DNA of 64,000 nt from assembly GCA_024672315.1 (NCBI GenBank), contig GCA_024672315.1_4714.1. One strand, written 5' to 3'. The DNA is from a phage. Below the pieces are notes generated by a model. It worked only from the letters and a program-made list of their open reading frames with translations, was not told the DNA's origin and did no database searches. Position 1 is the first letter of the stretch; each line of letters begins with the position of its first letter. A program made the translations under genes and the position numbers. Below, one piece after another: positions 10,565-20,182 of this stretch.

Positions 10565-11521
10565 TTAATGCAAGACACGATCTGCTGGAATTATCGAGGC
10601 ATTGCTGTCGGACAGATTCGTCGCTTTACGATCGGGACTGAATCGACGAGCGTTCTCTTCATGGTAGTTGACGGGGTTATCCTGTTTTAACAGTTCCATT
10701 GCCTCATCAAACGTTAGTTCCCGAAATCCTCTTGGATAGAGGAACAGGGGTTCATCAACATCCAACCCTTTAACAAACCCGTGCGACAACCAGACGCTAC
10801 CATCAGCACTGTAAAGAACCGGCTCAACGTCATAATCCAAGACGTATTGATACCAATAATTAAACAGTTGAGCAATCCACCGATTACGTAATAAGTAATC
10901 GATCGTAACCGCACTACGCACGCTGTGGCACCAGCCGATCTTACCATCAACTTTCTGCAACAACGTACCCTCATTTGCTTGATGAATAACCGCATTAAAT
11001 AACCACGCAAGATCGGTTGCGAAAAGTGCGGCTTCTTGAATATCGCTAATGTAACGCATGGGTATCGTCAGATGCGTGCGGTAATGCGACATCGCCTCTT
11101 CGTAGTTGTCTCCTTCGATGCAGAGAGTCCCGTTTGGTGACAGATGCCCCTGATTCAACGACTGACCAATATAAAGATCAGCGATCGCATTAATATGTTC
11201 GACGGTACCCAAGGTTAACTCGGACATAAAACAATCGACATCAACAGCCATCGATGTACTGGAAACAAACGGATTGGCTGGGCGAGTTGTATTAGAGAAA
11301 ATAATCGACCAAATCGCTTCGTGTTTTTCATCCGATGGCAAAAACGAAATATGGCGTTCTGCGCTGTTATCGACAACAAATACCTTTACGGTTTTCAAAC
11401 AGCTAGTACAAACATAGCACGTGTTCGGCAACGGCATATCCGAAAACATATCGTAACGAATCGATGCCAACGAAATATCATGTCCGCAATGAGGGCATGT
11501 CGTATCAATAAGCGTTTTCAT
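10565..11521 (-). CDS. hypothetical zinc-ribbon protein
   Basis: 318 aa; N-terminal CPHCGH...CYVCTSC cysteine pairs. Confidence 0.4.
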   Translation of the reverse strand: MKTLIDTTCPHCGHDISLASIRYDMFSDMPLPNTCYVCTSCLKTVKVFVVDNSAERHISFLPSDEKHEAIWSIIFSNTTRPANPFVSSTSMAVDVDCFMSELTLGTVEHINAIADLYIGQSLNQGHLSPNGTLCIEGDNYEEAMSHYRTHLTIPMRYISDIQEAALFATDLAWLFNAVIHQANEGTLLQKVDGKIGWCHSVRSAVTIDYLLRNRWIAQLFNYWYQYVLDYDVEPVLYSADGSVWLSHGFVKGLDVDEPLFLYPRGFRELTFDEAMELLKQDNPVNYHEENARRFSPDRKATNLSDSNASIIPADRVLH

Positions 11522-11784
11522 TATTGAATTCCTTTTGATAAGAATAACTGAATATCGGTAAACTGTTCTTCAGGAACATCGTCAGCAGCCGTTAGAACCT
11601 TAGAGCCATGTTCATTGAGGTAAGCTTCCCGTAGACAACGATGACGTCGATTGGCTTCCTGGAACTCAGTGTCCGTCATGTAAACCAGCGTAAACTTCGA
11701 ACGTTTATTCGGATTATATCTCTTATTACGTTTCTTTGGTTTCTTCGCCATAATAGCCTCGTGAAGGTGGATGGGTGTACCCAT
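11521..11784 (-). CDS. hypothetical basic protein
   Basis: 87-aa ORF, lysine/arginine rich. Confidence 0.35.
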   Translation of the reverse strand: MGTPIHLHEAIMAKKPKKRNKRYNPNKRSKFTLVYMTDTEFQEANRRHRCLREAYLNEHGSKVLTAADDVPEEQFTDIQLFLSKGIQ

Positions 11785-11799
11785 CCACCTTCCTCCATG

Positions 11800-12321
11800 T
11801 TAAAGTGCGTTCATTTCTTCAGGTGTACGTACGGTACGCGTGTTGGGATCAACCATTGCTGGCACACCCGCTGGGCATTTACGGACATCGATTCGCATCT
11901 CTGGTTCTATCGGACGAACGCGATACGTTTTTCCATCATCGGTTAACACCGAAATGGTCAACGCTTGATTCAACTCACTAACGAAGTTCACTAAACGCTG
12001 TTGTCCGCCCTTCGACCAGAAGTTAAGATCGGTTTCTCCATTGAAATAACTGATTCCATCAGCGGTTCCAATCGTGATTTTAACGATACCTGGATAGTCA
12101 CGAAGAAGAGGTGCCTGATAACCTTCATCTTCCGTATCCAGTTTTACCCACGCGCCTCCCGTAGACAAGCAGTTAACTTCCAAGGCGGTTGGTGCGCTGA
12201 CTTCTGCTGATGACCAGGTATACATCGTGCCTAGTTTGGCGTGTCCAGTTTCCAGTTCGCTATAATCCCAAGCATGTGCTGAAGCTGTAATAAATAAAGC
12301 CGCAAGAAACAACTTTTTCAT
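11800..12321 (-). CDS. secreted protein (signal peptide)
   Basis: Internal start MKKLFLAALFITASAHA looks like a cleavable signal peptide; the track ORF extends upstream to 12441, but the ATG at 12321 is the likelier start. Confidence 0.45.
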   Translation of the reverse strand: MKKLFLAALFITASAHAWDYSELETGHAKLGTMYTWSSAEVSAPTALEVNCLSTGGAWVKLDTEDEGYQAPLLRDYPGIVKITIGTADGISYFNGETDLNFWSKGGQQRLVNFVSELNQALTISVLTDDGKTYRVRPIEPEMRIDVRKCPAGVPAMVDPNTRTVRTPEEMNAL

Positions 12322-12376
12322 TCTTTCGATTCCTATTAAAAAGTGACCGATTTCTGTGGTCGAGATTGCTAATAAA

Positions 12377-12838
12377 TTAATTCCGGTTTTGTTTCCGTAT
12401 TGCACGGTTACGTTTACGTTCTTGGTCCTTGATGGTACCAAGAAACTTCTTTAATTCTGACGGTTCGAGCGTACCCTCACGTACCACACCGTTTTGTTCG
12501 ATATGGTACGACCAATAACCAACTTCAGCCGTTAAGGATAACGTTGTCGGTTGTTCGTCAGGTAACGATCGGGGCGAGAAAATAAAGAGTAATTCAAAGG
12601 GCGTTTCTCGGCTGATGGTGGGACGGATACTCACATCAAGCCCCTCCCATCGCTGAGGTTTAAATATTCCTCCGGCGGCGATGATTGTCTCCGAGCGCTG
12701 GTCTACAAGCTCAGCTAATTCACGATCATCATTGAAATAAATATCGTGAAGGATATCCGTATCGATAAAAAACCCGCGATCCGAATCGTGACGAACAATG
12801 GAATTCTTCATTCTAACGCCTTTGTTGTTTGTTTTCAT
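12377..12838 (-). CDS. hypothetical protein
   Basis: 153-aa ORF. Confidence 0.4.
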   Translation of the reverse strand: MKTNNKGVRMKNSIVRHDSDRGFFIDTDILHDIYFNDDRELAELVDQRSETIIAAGGIFKPQRWEGLDVSIRPTISRETPFELLFIFSPRSLPDEQPTTLSLTAEVGYWSYHIEQNGVVREGTLEPSELKKFLGTIKDQERKRNRAIRKQNRN

Positions 12839-12885
12839 GTCCTATACGAACATGAAAAACCGTTAATTTTTACCGTAGTCGTGTG

Positions 12886-13161
12886 TTAAAAATCCACACC
12901 GCGACCCGTCATCGACGAAGGAACCGCGTGATAATAGAAGTAGATGTAATGGTCACGATGGCTAAAACAGTTTTTGCAAGCATAGAACTCTCCAGATCCA
13001 ATGAATGATTTAATACGTGTAACTTGAGGGTGTCGTGCGATTAACGCCTGTAAAACGATTTCCATTTGGTGTGCGCTCAGGCCCGGTCGAGCTGCGACAT
13101 GATAATGAAGCTCCTTAAGAAATCGCTTCCAGGGGTCAGGTTGTGTCGATGATCGAGGCAT
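12886..13161 (-). CDS. hypothetical protein
   Basis: 91-aa ORF; AAGGAG Shine-Dalgarno about 8 nt upstream of ATG. Confidence 0.4.
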   Translation of the reverse strand: MPRSSTQPDPWKRFLKELHYHVAARPGLSAHQMEIVLQALIARHPQVTRIKSFIGSGEFYACKNCFSHRDHYIYFYYHAVPSSMTGRGVDF

Positions 13162-13227
13162 CTTTATCTCCTTAACGGGTGCTGGTAACGCAGCATAAAC
13201 CCTCCCCGAAGGGAGGGCGGTTAACGA

Positions 13228-13785
13228 TCACTCCATCCATACTTCTTCGTCGTAATGATTTTCTATCGCATTACGCCAAAAACGCACGGTGTCCAAACTA
13301 ATCGGCGCATAGAAATGCTGATCAACGCCGACATTAAGTCCGTTAGCTTTCGCTAACATACAGCGATGAATATGACCGAATAAATTAAAGTAGCCTGGGT
13401 TTCTTTCGCTGGGCTTATGGCATAGCCAGTAGGATTCGTCATTGCTAATCGGCAACACCAACGGATGTTCATAAACCGCAGCAAACCCCATACCGAGCAA
13501 TTTATCACGCCACGCTTCAAAGCTTAATCCTGTCGCTTTGTATGCGTCTTCGTCCCAATTCCCCATCACCAATTGAACCTGGATATCAGAACGAATGGCT
13601 TCCACGAACTCGAACTTACCCCAATCACCTAAATGCCATAACACACTGTTCTTTGGAAGATTGTTGATGGCTTTCAGCATATGCTGGTTCATATCGGCGA
13701 CGCTTGCGAACGGACGGCGTGAATACGTCCAGGTACGCTCGCTATCAAAATGGGTATCCGACGTAAAGAAGATGGCCGGGGTCAT
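13228..13785 (-). CDS. calcineurin-like metallophosphoesterase
   Basis: 185 aa; motifs SDTHF, GDWG, GNWD, GHIH in canonical order. Confidence 0.6.
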   Translation of the reverse strand: MTPAIFFTSDTHFDSERTWTYSRRPFASVADMNQHMLKAINNLPKNSVLWHLGDWGKFEFVEAIRSDIQVQLVMGNWDEDAYKATGLSFEAWRDKLLGMGFAAVYEHPLVLPISNDESYWLCHKPSERNPGYFNLFGHIHRCMLAKANGLNVGVDQHFYAPISLDTVRFWRNAIENHYDEEVWME

Positions 13786-14264
13786 TGATTTAATTGCTCC
13801 AGAAACGCACGTCCCGATTTACTTGCTTTTAAATGCTGTTCTGCGGAAGTAAGCAGAAGATCGGTTGGCGTGTATGCAGCGCCACCTTTCCATGCTGTTT
13901 TCAGTTTACCCTTTTCGATACTGAACTGAATCAGTTGTTGGGTACCGAAGTTAAGCGTGTTCGTCGCAGCACTAAATACACCACCCATCATGCTGTAACC
14001 AAAGACTTTCACGTTTTCCGTGTAGAAGTCATTGTCGATCAATTTGTTCTGAAGCTCGAGTTGGTCGGACGGTAGCAATCCCCCATCAAAGACGCTTAAA
14101 ATACCAGCCAGGCGATACATACTCACCTTTCCTGAAACGCCCACCACGTAATTGCCATACAGGGTTTCTTCCAGTTTAGCAACAACGGTGCGATCGTCGG
14201 AGGTTTTCATCGAAACCTCAATACCATCACCAACTTCTGTTAACGTTAAATCAACGATACTCAT
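13782..14264 (-). CDS. hypothetical protein
   Basis: 160-aa ORF, 4-nt overlap with the phosphoesterase gene. Confidence 0.4.
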   Translation of the reverse strand: MSIVDLTLTEVGDGIEVSMKTSDDRTVVAKLEETLYGNYVVGVSGKVSMYRLAGILSVFDGGLLPSDQLELQNKLIDNDFYTENVKVFGYSMMGGVFSAATNTLNFGTQQLIQFSIEKGKLKTAWKGGAAYTPTDLLLTSAEQHLKASKSGRAFLEQLNQ

Positions 14265-14286
14265 TCATTATTCTCCGCTTTCATGT

Positions 14287-14973
14287 TTAACACATGATTT
14301 CACCATGTTTCTTTTCAACATACGTATAAACGTCATCCAAATAAGCAATGAGTTTATCACGATCCCCACACAGCGATTTAATCACCGCAATCTCTTTCAT
14401 ATAAAGCTGCTGACCTAACGCTGGATACGTAATCCAAGCGTAGCCGTCAGGCGCAAATTTAGAAATAAGATAATCGGCGGTTTCCTGTAATGCGAACTCT
14501 TTGCTCATCTGGCCGTAACGATGTTCGATTGCACGGATACCAAAACGTTCGCTATCGAGACGACCCATATCCGCCAGACGAAGCACCTGAGAAGCAACCG
14601 AACTACGTGGACCAGAGTACGATGCACGATGTTCAGCAATAAGTACGCGTATCTCCTCGATGTCTTCCGGTGTGAAAATATGCTGCTCGTTACGAAGCAG
14701 GATAACCGACGCACGAATACCCCCGATAAGGTGGTGGTATGTTCTGTTTTCGTGGCAAGCGATATCATGCATAAAAGCAGCGGTTAATAGACGACGACGT
14801 TCCGTGGGTCTGATGATCCCAACCACATCAGCAAGTTCATTTGCCAGTTCAACAACGGCAAGCACATGTTCTTCTTGATGTGCAAGATCGTTCTTCCGAA
14901 TATTTTCAATTACTTCAGCGCGTGTTTCCTGAGATAAAAAATTTAAACAATCCAACGAATATAAAGATTTCAT
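14287..14973 (-). CDS. HD-domain phosphohydrolase-like protein
   Basis: 228 aa; H...HD signature (AAFMHDIACHE); sits directly downstream of early-promoter-like motif 1. Confidence 0.5.
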   Translation of the reverse strand: MKSLYSLDCLNFLSQETRAEVIENIRKNDLAHQEEHVLAVVELANELADVVGIIRPTERRRLLTAAFMHDIACHENRTYHHLIGGIRASVILLRNEQHIFTPEDIEEIRVLIAEHRASYSGPRSSVASQVLRLADMGRLDSERFGIRAIEHRYGQMSKEFALQETADYLISKFAPDGYAWITYPALGQQLYMKEIAVIKSLCGDRDKLIAYLDDVYTYVEKKHGEIMC

Positions 14974-15013
14974 CGCACGTACCTCTTTGAATCTATTAAT
15001 AAATTTTCTTTAC

Positions 15014-15038
15014 TCACGTAAGTAATATAGCCGTGAAA
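15014..15038 (-). promoter_or_regulatory. conserved 25-nt promoter-like motif, copy 1 (TATATTAC core on the minus strand)
   Basis: Plus strand TCACGTAAGTAATATAGCCGTGAAA; near-identical copies at 39347 and 45204; lies about 50 nt upstream of minus-strand start codon 14973. Confidence 0.5.
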
Positions 15039-15133
15039 GGATTTGTGTTGGTCCGTCTCGATGCCCATCGTATTTTATGGATTGTCGAATGACGTCATTT
15101 TAAGGGACATCCCCGGCCTCCTCCCCAGGAAAG

Positions 15134-17263
15134 GTGTGGGGAGGAGTTTTTATCATACATTCTATTAAATCGAGCGCGATTATGTTGGATAGAATCAATC
15201 GTTTAATGAACCGAATAGCGGTTAAAAATCAGAGTAACAACACCGTGCATATCGGGGGTATCGATGCCTGGCGTCTTTCAGATGACATTCAGCGAATATG
15301 GGGTACCTCCCGATTTATGAAACATATGTTTCGTAATTTCTCTTCTAGTGGACTCAGTCTCCACAACTTTTACCTTCCCGATTTCGTTTATATTCTCGAA
15401 ACGATCATCGAAGCAAAGAATACCCGCAGTAATAAACGCATGCTGAAACACCTTATTGAGGTACTGCTGCAGGAAACCTGGTTGCAAAATACCACAATCG
15501 AGCAACCTGCAATCCTCGATAAAGCACGCATGAACAAAATGCTAACGCTCTCTTTGTTCGATTATCAAGATGAGTTTATCGACATCTATAACCGTAACGT
15601 ACCTAAATACCGACTGAAAGGATACGTGTGCGCAATGGGTGCCGGTGCGGGTAAAACAATCACCGCATTGGCTTTAAGCGCTGCAATGAACGTCGACGTA
15701 TTTGTGGTCTGCTGTCCTAAGAACACCATGCGTTCAGCATGGCAATCCGATGTAAACAAAGCCATCGTTGACCCTGCAACAGAAACCGCGTTCTGGTCAG
15801 ATACAATGCCCCCATCACAGCTGCAGAAAAGCGATAAGTATTATTTTCTGCATTACGAGTCGATGGGTTTATTAAACGATGTGATGATCAAGCATAAACG
15901 CACAGCGAAGCGCGTGTTGATCGTGGTTGACGAAAGCCATAACTTCAACGACAAGAACAGCCAACGTTCCCAACGACTGGTTGATCTCGTACAGACGATG
16001 CGTCAGACCATGAATGCGGATGTGCATGTCTTGTTTATGTCGGGTACGCCCGTTAAACAGATGGGTTCTGAGATGATCCCCTGTTTAGGTTGTATCGACC
16101 CGATGTTCCAAGGACAGGTGGTCGATAGCTTCAAAGCAATTTACGGTTTAACCAGCAGTCGCGCTAACGATATCCTCAGACATCGTCTTGGGTTCATGAT
16201 GCATGTCGTACCTAAAGAGGCTTACCGTAAAACCCGTCCGGAAGTTCAGGATGTTTACGTGAAGCTCCCTAACGGTAGCGATTATACCATCTCAAGTATC
16301 CGTGACGACATGGCGATATTTGTACGCGATCGGGCGAAGTATTACAAGGATAACTGGGGGCATTACAGAAAGATTTTTGATGATGCCTTGGACTACTATC
16401 GTAAGACTATTCGTACCGACGGAGAACGTAAAGAGCTATCTCGATACGAATCGATTGTTGCTCGTTTCCAGAAGGGTTACGACCCTGTCAGAGACAAAGA
16501 AGATGCGATGTTCTGCAACGCGTTTGAAAAACGTTCCATCATGCCGGTTCTTCCTTCTGATTTAAGGGTTGCTTTCAAAGACGCCAAGAGCGTCATCAAG
16601 TACGTTGGGTTGAAAATTCAGGGTGAAGCGTTGGCGCGTGTTCTAGGTGCAGCCCGCATTCGGTGTCATGTCGACATGGTGGAGTACATCGACTTCGAAG
16701 GGTACATCAACAACGCTGAAGCCAAAGTGTTGATCTTCACGTCGTACGTTCAGGTGGTTGAGCGCGTCGACAACATGCTTCGTGATGCGGGTTTCTTACC
16801 GGAACCCATTTACGGGAAGACCAACAAGAACATCAACCAGATACTTGCTCGTCTACGCGATGATCCTGACAGCGGTCCCGCTATCGCAACATTTGATAGC
16901 TTAGCTGAAGGGGTTCCAATGCTGATGTGTAATGTGGGTCTTTTCCTGAACAACCCATGGCGTTCATCCGATGAAATCCAAGCCATCAGTCGTCTCGATC
17001 GTGTAGGGCAAACGCAACCTGTTCGGATCTATCGTTTCATGTTGGATACAGGAAGCGAGGGTAACGTTTCTACACGTAGCCACGAAATCATGGAGTTAAG
17101 TCGACAGCTTGTTGAAGAAATCACGGGTGTCAAATACGTGGTGAACAAGCAAGACGATGTTAACTTGCAGGAAACGTTGGCGATGGAAGGATACGATCAA
17201 TACGTTACCGTAAACACCACGGAATACGATATTAAACCACGACCTGCGTTCTTGGAATGGTGA
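15134..17263 (+). CDS. SNF2/SF2-family helicase
   Basis: Walker A GAGAGKT, DExH-like VVDESHNF, helicase C-terminal motifs; track ORF starts at GTG 15134 inside a hairpin, first ATG is at 15182, so the start is uncertain. Confidence 0.65.
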   Translation: MWGGVFIIHSIKSSAIMLDRINRLMNRIAVKNQSNNTVHIGGIDAWRLSDDIQRIWGTSRFMKHMFRNFSSSGLSLHNFYLPDFVYILETIIEAKNTRSNKRMLKHLIEVLLQETWLQNTTIEQPAILDKARMNKMLTLSLFDYQDEFIDIYNRNVPKYRLKGYVCAMGAGAGKTITALALSAAMNVDVFVVCCPKNTMRSAWQSDVNKAIVDPATETAFWSDTMPPSQLQKSDKYYFLHYESMGLLNDVMIKHKRTAKRVLIVVDESHNFNDKNSQRSQRLVDLVQTMRQTMNADVHVLFMSGTPVKQMGSEMIPCLGCIDPMFQGQVVDSFKAIYGLTSSRANDILRHRLGFMMHVVPKEAYRKTRPEVQDVYVKLPNGSDYTISSIRDDMAIFVRDRAKYYKDNWGHYRKIFDDALDYYRKTIRTDGERKELSRYESIVARFQKGYDPVRDKEDAMFCNAFEKRSIMPVLPSDLRVAFKDAKSVIKYVGLKIQGEALARVLGAARIRCHVDMVEYIDFEGYINNAEAKVLIFTSYVQVVERVDNMLRDAGFLPEPIYGKTNKNINQILARLRDDPDSGPAIATFDSLAEGVPMLMCNVGLFLNNPWRSSDEIQAISRLDRVGQTQPVRIYRFMLDTGSEGNVSTRSHEIMELSRQLVEEITGVKYVVNKQDDVNLQETLAMEGYDQYVTVNTTEYDIKPRPAFLEW

Positions 17264-17268
17264 TTAAG

Positions 17269-17296
17269 AAGCTCTGTCTGACATCAGACAGAGCTT
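17269..17296 (+). terminator. intrinsic terminator-like hairpin followed by TTATG
   Basis: Perfect 12-bp stem AAGCTCTGTCTG/CAGACAGAGCTT with ACAT loop, then T-rich TTATGTTGTATTTG; directly after the helicase stop. Confidence 0.6.
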
Positions 17297-17363
17297 TATG
17301 TTGTATTTGTTGCAACAATCGTATGACGTATACGCGTTGTACTTATTTAATAAGGCAGAATAA

Positions 17364-18815
17364 ATGAAACTTAAACAAAGCTGGAAAGACGAACTTCTCG
17401 CGTTAGTAAACAGCAAAAACAGCTTACAGCTGACATTAGACGACGTAAAATTTGAACTAACTGAACCGGTAAGCGAAGTGCCCGGAACGGTTGTCGTTAC
17501 GATCAAACCGAACGATGATAGCCGTTACTTTAACGAGCAGTCTCTGACCTACATCCGTCGAGACATCGCTAAAAACTTCACCGGGATCCCGTTACGCGTT
17601 ATCGTTAAAAATGATACCGCTGTAAGGGATATCATCAACACGATCGCTGAACGTTACGGATTGGTATTTGACACAACCGTCGACTTCCTCGAATCCGAGC
17701 TGAATAAACAAATTACGTTCGAAGACACCGGTATTAAAGACATTACGGTTCCGGTTGCAAACACGTCTTATGTTTGGGCTGGTAATCTTCAGTTCAATAT
17801 CGCTAACGATACGTTGAGCTTGATTACGATCATCAAGCAAACCAATCTTACGAATCTGGTTTATCTGGATGGCGTTGAAGCTGACACATCGGGTTCGTTA
17901 CTGTTAGCAACGACCTCGGTTATCGGCGAAAACGGAAATGCCGAAACAACTGAAGGTGTCCTTGCCGCCACGTACTTCCAGAATATCCTGAACGTCATGG
18001 TTCGTTATGGTGATATTACCAGCGAACAAATGCAACAAGCAATGCAGACAATTAACGAAAGCGAAGACGCTCGTAGAGTAGAGGTGCGGTCATACGGTGA
18101 CGCCGAGTTACTGGTAACCACCAAGAAAGATTGGGTTATCGGTAGCCTTAAGGGTGCTATGGTTGTTGGTCACGCTTCACCTAAACCAATCCAATACATT
18201 CTTAAAACAAAAGGCGGCAGCATTATATTGTCATTAGATGGTTGGACAAATGTCAATATCGATTGGGGTGATGGGAATAAGACGACGGAGACCTCAGGCG
18301 ATAATGAATATCGACACAATTATGCGGACACTACAGAACGTACGATCGTCGCTACGGGTACCCCTACCAACGTTGAAGATACAGAGGTACAGCAAAGCTT
18401 CACCGGTGGTAACATCACTGAAATCGTTGACTGGAACAACGGATTACCTAAGGCCCCATCATTCCTTGCGGCGAACAGTTTAACTAAGGTTCCTGATTAT
18501 ATCCCGGCATACTGGACATCGTTAGAAGGTATGTTTACGCGATGCAGCGCTATTAACAACGTGAACATCACCAAATGGAACACCCGCAACATTACTTCAA
18601 TGAAGGACCTCTTCTACGGTTGCGCTACATTCAACCAACCGATCGGTTCGTGGGATGTTTCGTCTGTTAAGAATGCAGACAATATGTTGTCTGGGTGCTT
18701 CGCGTTCAATCAGGATCTGAGCGGTTGGACGTTCCCGGCAGGCACTTCACACGTCAACTACGACGCCATGACCGCCGCATGGCAGGCTGGTTATAAACCA
18801 CACTTCGCCGAGTAA
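17364..18815 (+). CDS. DUF285 / BspA-like repeat protein
   Basis: 483 aa; C-terminal repeats MFTRCSAINNVNITKWNTRNITSMKDLFYGCATFNQPIGSWDVSSVKNADNMLSGCFAFNQDLSGW match the DUF285 pattern. Confidence 0.6.
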   Translation: MKLKQSWKDELLALVNSKNSLQLTLDDVKFELTEPVSEVPGTVVVTIKPNDDSRYFNEQSLTYIRRDIAKNFTGIPLRVIVKNDTAVRDIINTIAERYGLVFDTTVDFLESELNKQITFEDTGIKDITVPVANTSYVWAGNLQFNIANDTLSLITIIKQTNLTNLVYLDGVEADTSGSLLLATTSVIGENGNAETTEGVLAATYFQNILNVMVRYGDITSEQMQQAMQTINESEDARRVEVRSYGDAELLVTTKKDWVIGSLKGAMVVGHASPKPIQYILKTKGGSIILSLDGWTNVNIDWGDGNKTTETSGDNEYRHNYADTTERTIVATGTPTNVEDTEVQQSFTGGNITEIVDWNNGLPKAPSFLAANSLTKVPDYIPAYWTSLEGMFTRCSAINNVNITKWNTRNITSMKDLFYGCATFNQPIGSWDVSSVKNADNMLSGCFAFNQDLSGWTFPAGTSHVNYDAMTAAWQAGYKPHFAE

Positions 18816-18835
18816 AAAAAAAATAGATAGTATAT

Positions 18836-18868
18836 CTTCCTCCCTACCCATAACGGGCGGGGAGGAAG
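18836..18868. terminator. bidirectional terminator-like GC hairpin
   Basis: CTTCCTCCC...GGGAGGAAG stem; A9 run on one side (T9 on the minus strand), TTTATG on the other; between convergent genes. Confidence 0.5.
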
Positions 18869-18885
18869 GTTTATGTGGTTATGAC

Positions 18886-19224
18886 TTAGAACCAGAGTTC
18901 TTTCATGAAGTAGGCTTCCATATCGTAGATAAGCCACTCGTCAGGGATTTCTAAAGGATCGTCTTCGGTTAAGGTCAGCATGTGTAGGGCGAACGCACGC
19001 TTAATATCGTTCAGCAGTTTCTCGTCGTCGTAACCTTCAGGTAACTTACGGTCAACCAGCTGGGTTTGTTTATAGACATCGCGGAACGCTTCAGGGCTGT
19101 GTTTGTCCATCGGAAATTGTTCAGCGGCCTGAACCATCGAAAGCGTCCAGCTTACAACATTGTAACGCTCACCGTTAATTTCACTGAACTGATCATCGAT
19201 TAAACAGATTTGTTGTACGTTCAT
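18886..19224 (-). CDS. hypothetical protein
   Basis: 112-aa ORF. Confidence 0.4.
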   Translation of the reverse strand: MNVQQICLIDDQFSEINGERYNVVSWTLSMVQAAEQFPMDKHSPEAFRDVYKQTQLVDRKLPEGYDDEKLLNDIKRAFALHMLTLTEDDPLEIPDEWLIYDMEAYFMKELWF

Positions 19225-20114
19225 TCATTTTCTCCATTCTTATCTTGATCGCAATCACACTCTTCGTTGTTCTTCTTACTTAAACGTAAGACACTGAGTG
19301 CAGCATGCTTAAGTTCTTGCAACGCGCTTTTCAGCTGACCTTCTTCATCGAAATCAAAATACTTCTCGTTGTAGCTTAACGCTGGAATCATATTTACGAG
19401 AGGTTCGATGGCAGGCATTAGCATTTCAATGACGACCTTAGGATCAACAAAGCGTTCAAACCCTTCAGGAAGTTTGCTCGCTACAACCTTATCGTTCTTG
19501 ATGTAGAATTTGTTCTTGAACAGATCGTCAAGAATAGCGTTCTCTTCATCCGTACGTTTTGCGTGAGGACGATCGATCATCTGCACAAACACGCCGCTCA
19601 ACGCTTCAGGCACGGTCGGATTTTCACGAAGATAAGTTCCAGCTGGAATTTCAATATCGATCTTCGTCCACTCAACAACCTGGTGGTCTCGCGTATAGAT
19701 GACGTCAACTTCCCATGCTAGACCATCAGCGCTTTCTACGGTGTAACGTGTTTTCGCCTGGCCTTCAGGAGCCATACGTTCGATCGCGTCAAACATCTCG
19801 ACTGGGATTTCGACTTCGCTTTCCGTTGCGTCACCTGGACCACGATACACCTTCGTGGTCATGATGTATTTCGGCTCTTCGTTATCGATCTGTATCGCAC
19901 GTGCGCGCACCTGACCTTTCACACCACCAACGGCCGTGTTATCAAACAACCATTGATGTTGCACCATATGTTCAATTTTTGATGCAACCTGACGAAGACG
20001 TTCAACACCGTCTTCAGCCAGTTTACCAAAGAAGACCAGCTCACGTTCCTGCTGTGTCTCACCACTTAACATCATTAAATTGGCGATTTGTTTCACGCCT
20101 CTTACTTGTGACAT
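19221..20114 (-). CDS. hypothetical protein
   Basis: 297-aa ORF. Confidence 0.45.
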   Translation of the reverse strand: MSQVRGVKQIANLMMLSGETQQERELVFFGKLAEDGVERLRQVASKIEHMVQHQWLFDNTAVGGVKGQVRARAIQIDNEEPKYIMTTKVYRGPGDATESEVEIPVEMFDAIERMAPEGQAKTRYTVESADGLAWEVDVIYTRDHQVVEWTKIDIEIPAGTYLRENPTVPEALSGVFVQMIDRPHAKRTDEENAILDDLFKNKFYIKNDKVVASKLPEGFERFVDPKVVIEMLMPAIEPLVNMIPALSYNEKYFDFDEEGQLKSALQELKHAALSVLRLSKKNNEECDCDQDKNGENE

Positions 20115-20182
20115 ACATGCTCCGGTTATAAGGGCCTACATCGAGGCCCCTCATTGATTTTTGATTCCACCAAACGCTATCG

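Noticed and set aside
15014-15038. The 25-nt conserved motif as a promoter for the plus-strand genes beside it
   Set aside because: The TATATTAC core reads on the minus strand, and copy 2 has no plus-strand gene downstream; minus-strand orientation gives consistent 50 to 75-nt spacing to start codons at all three copies.
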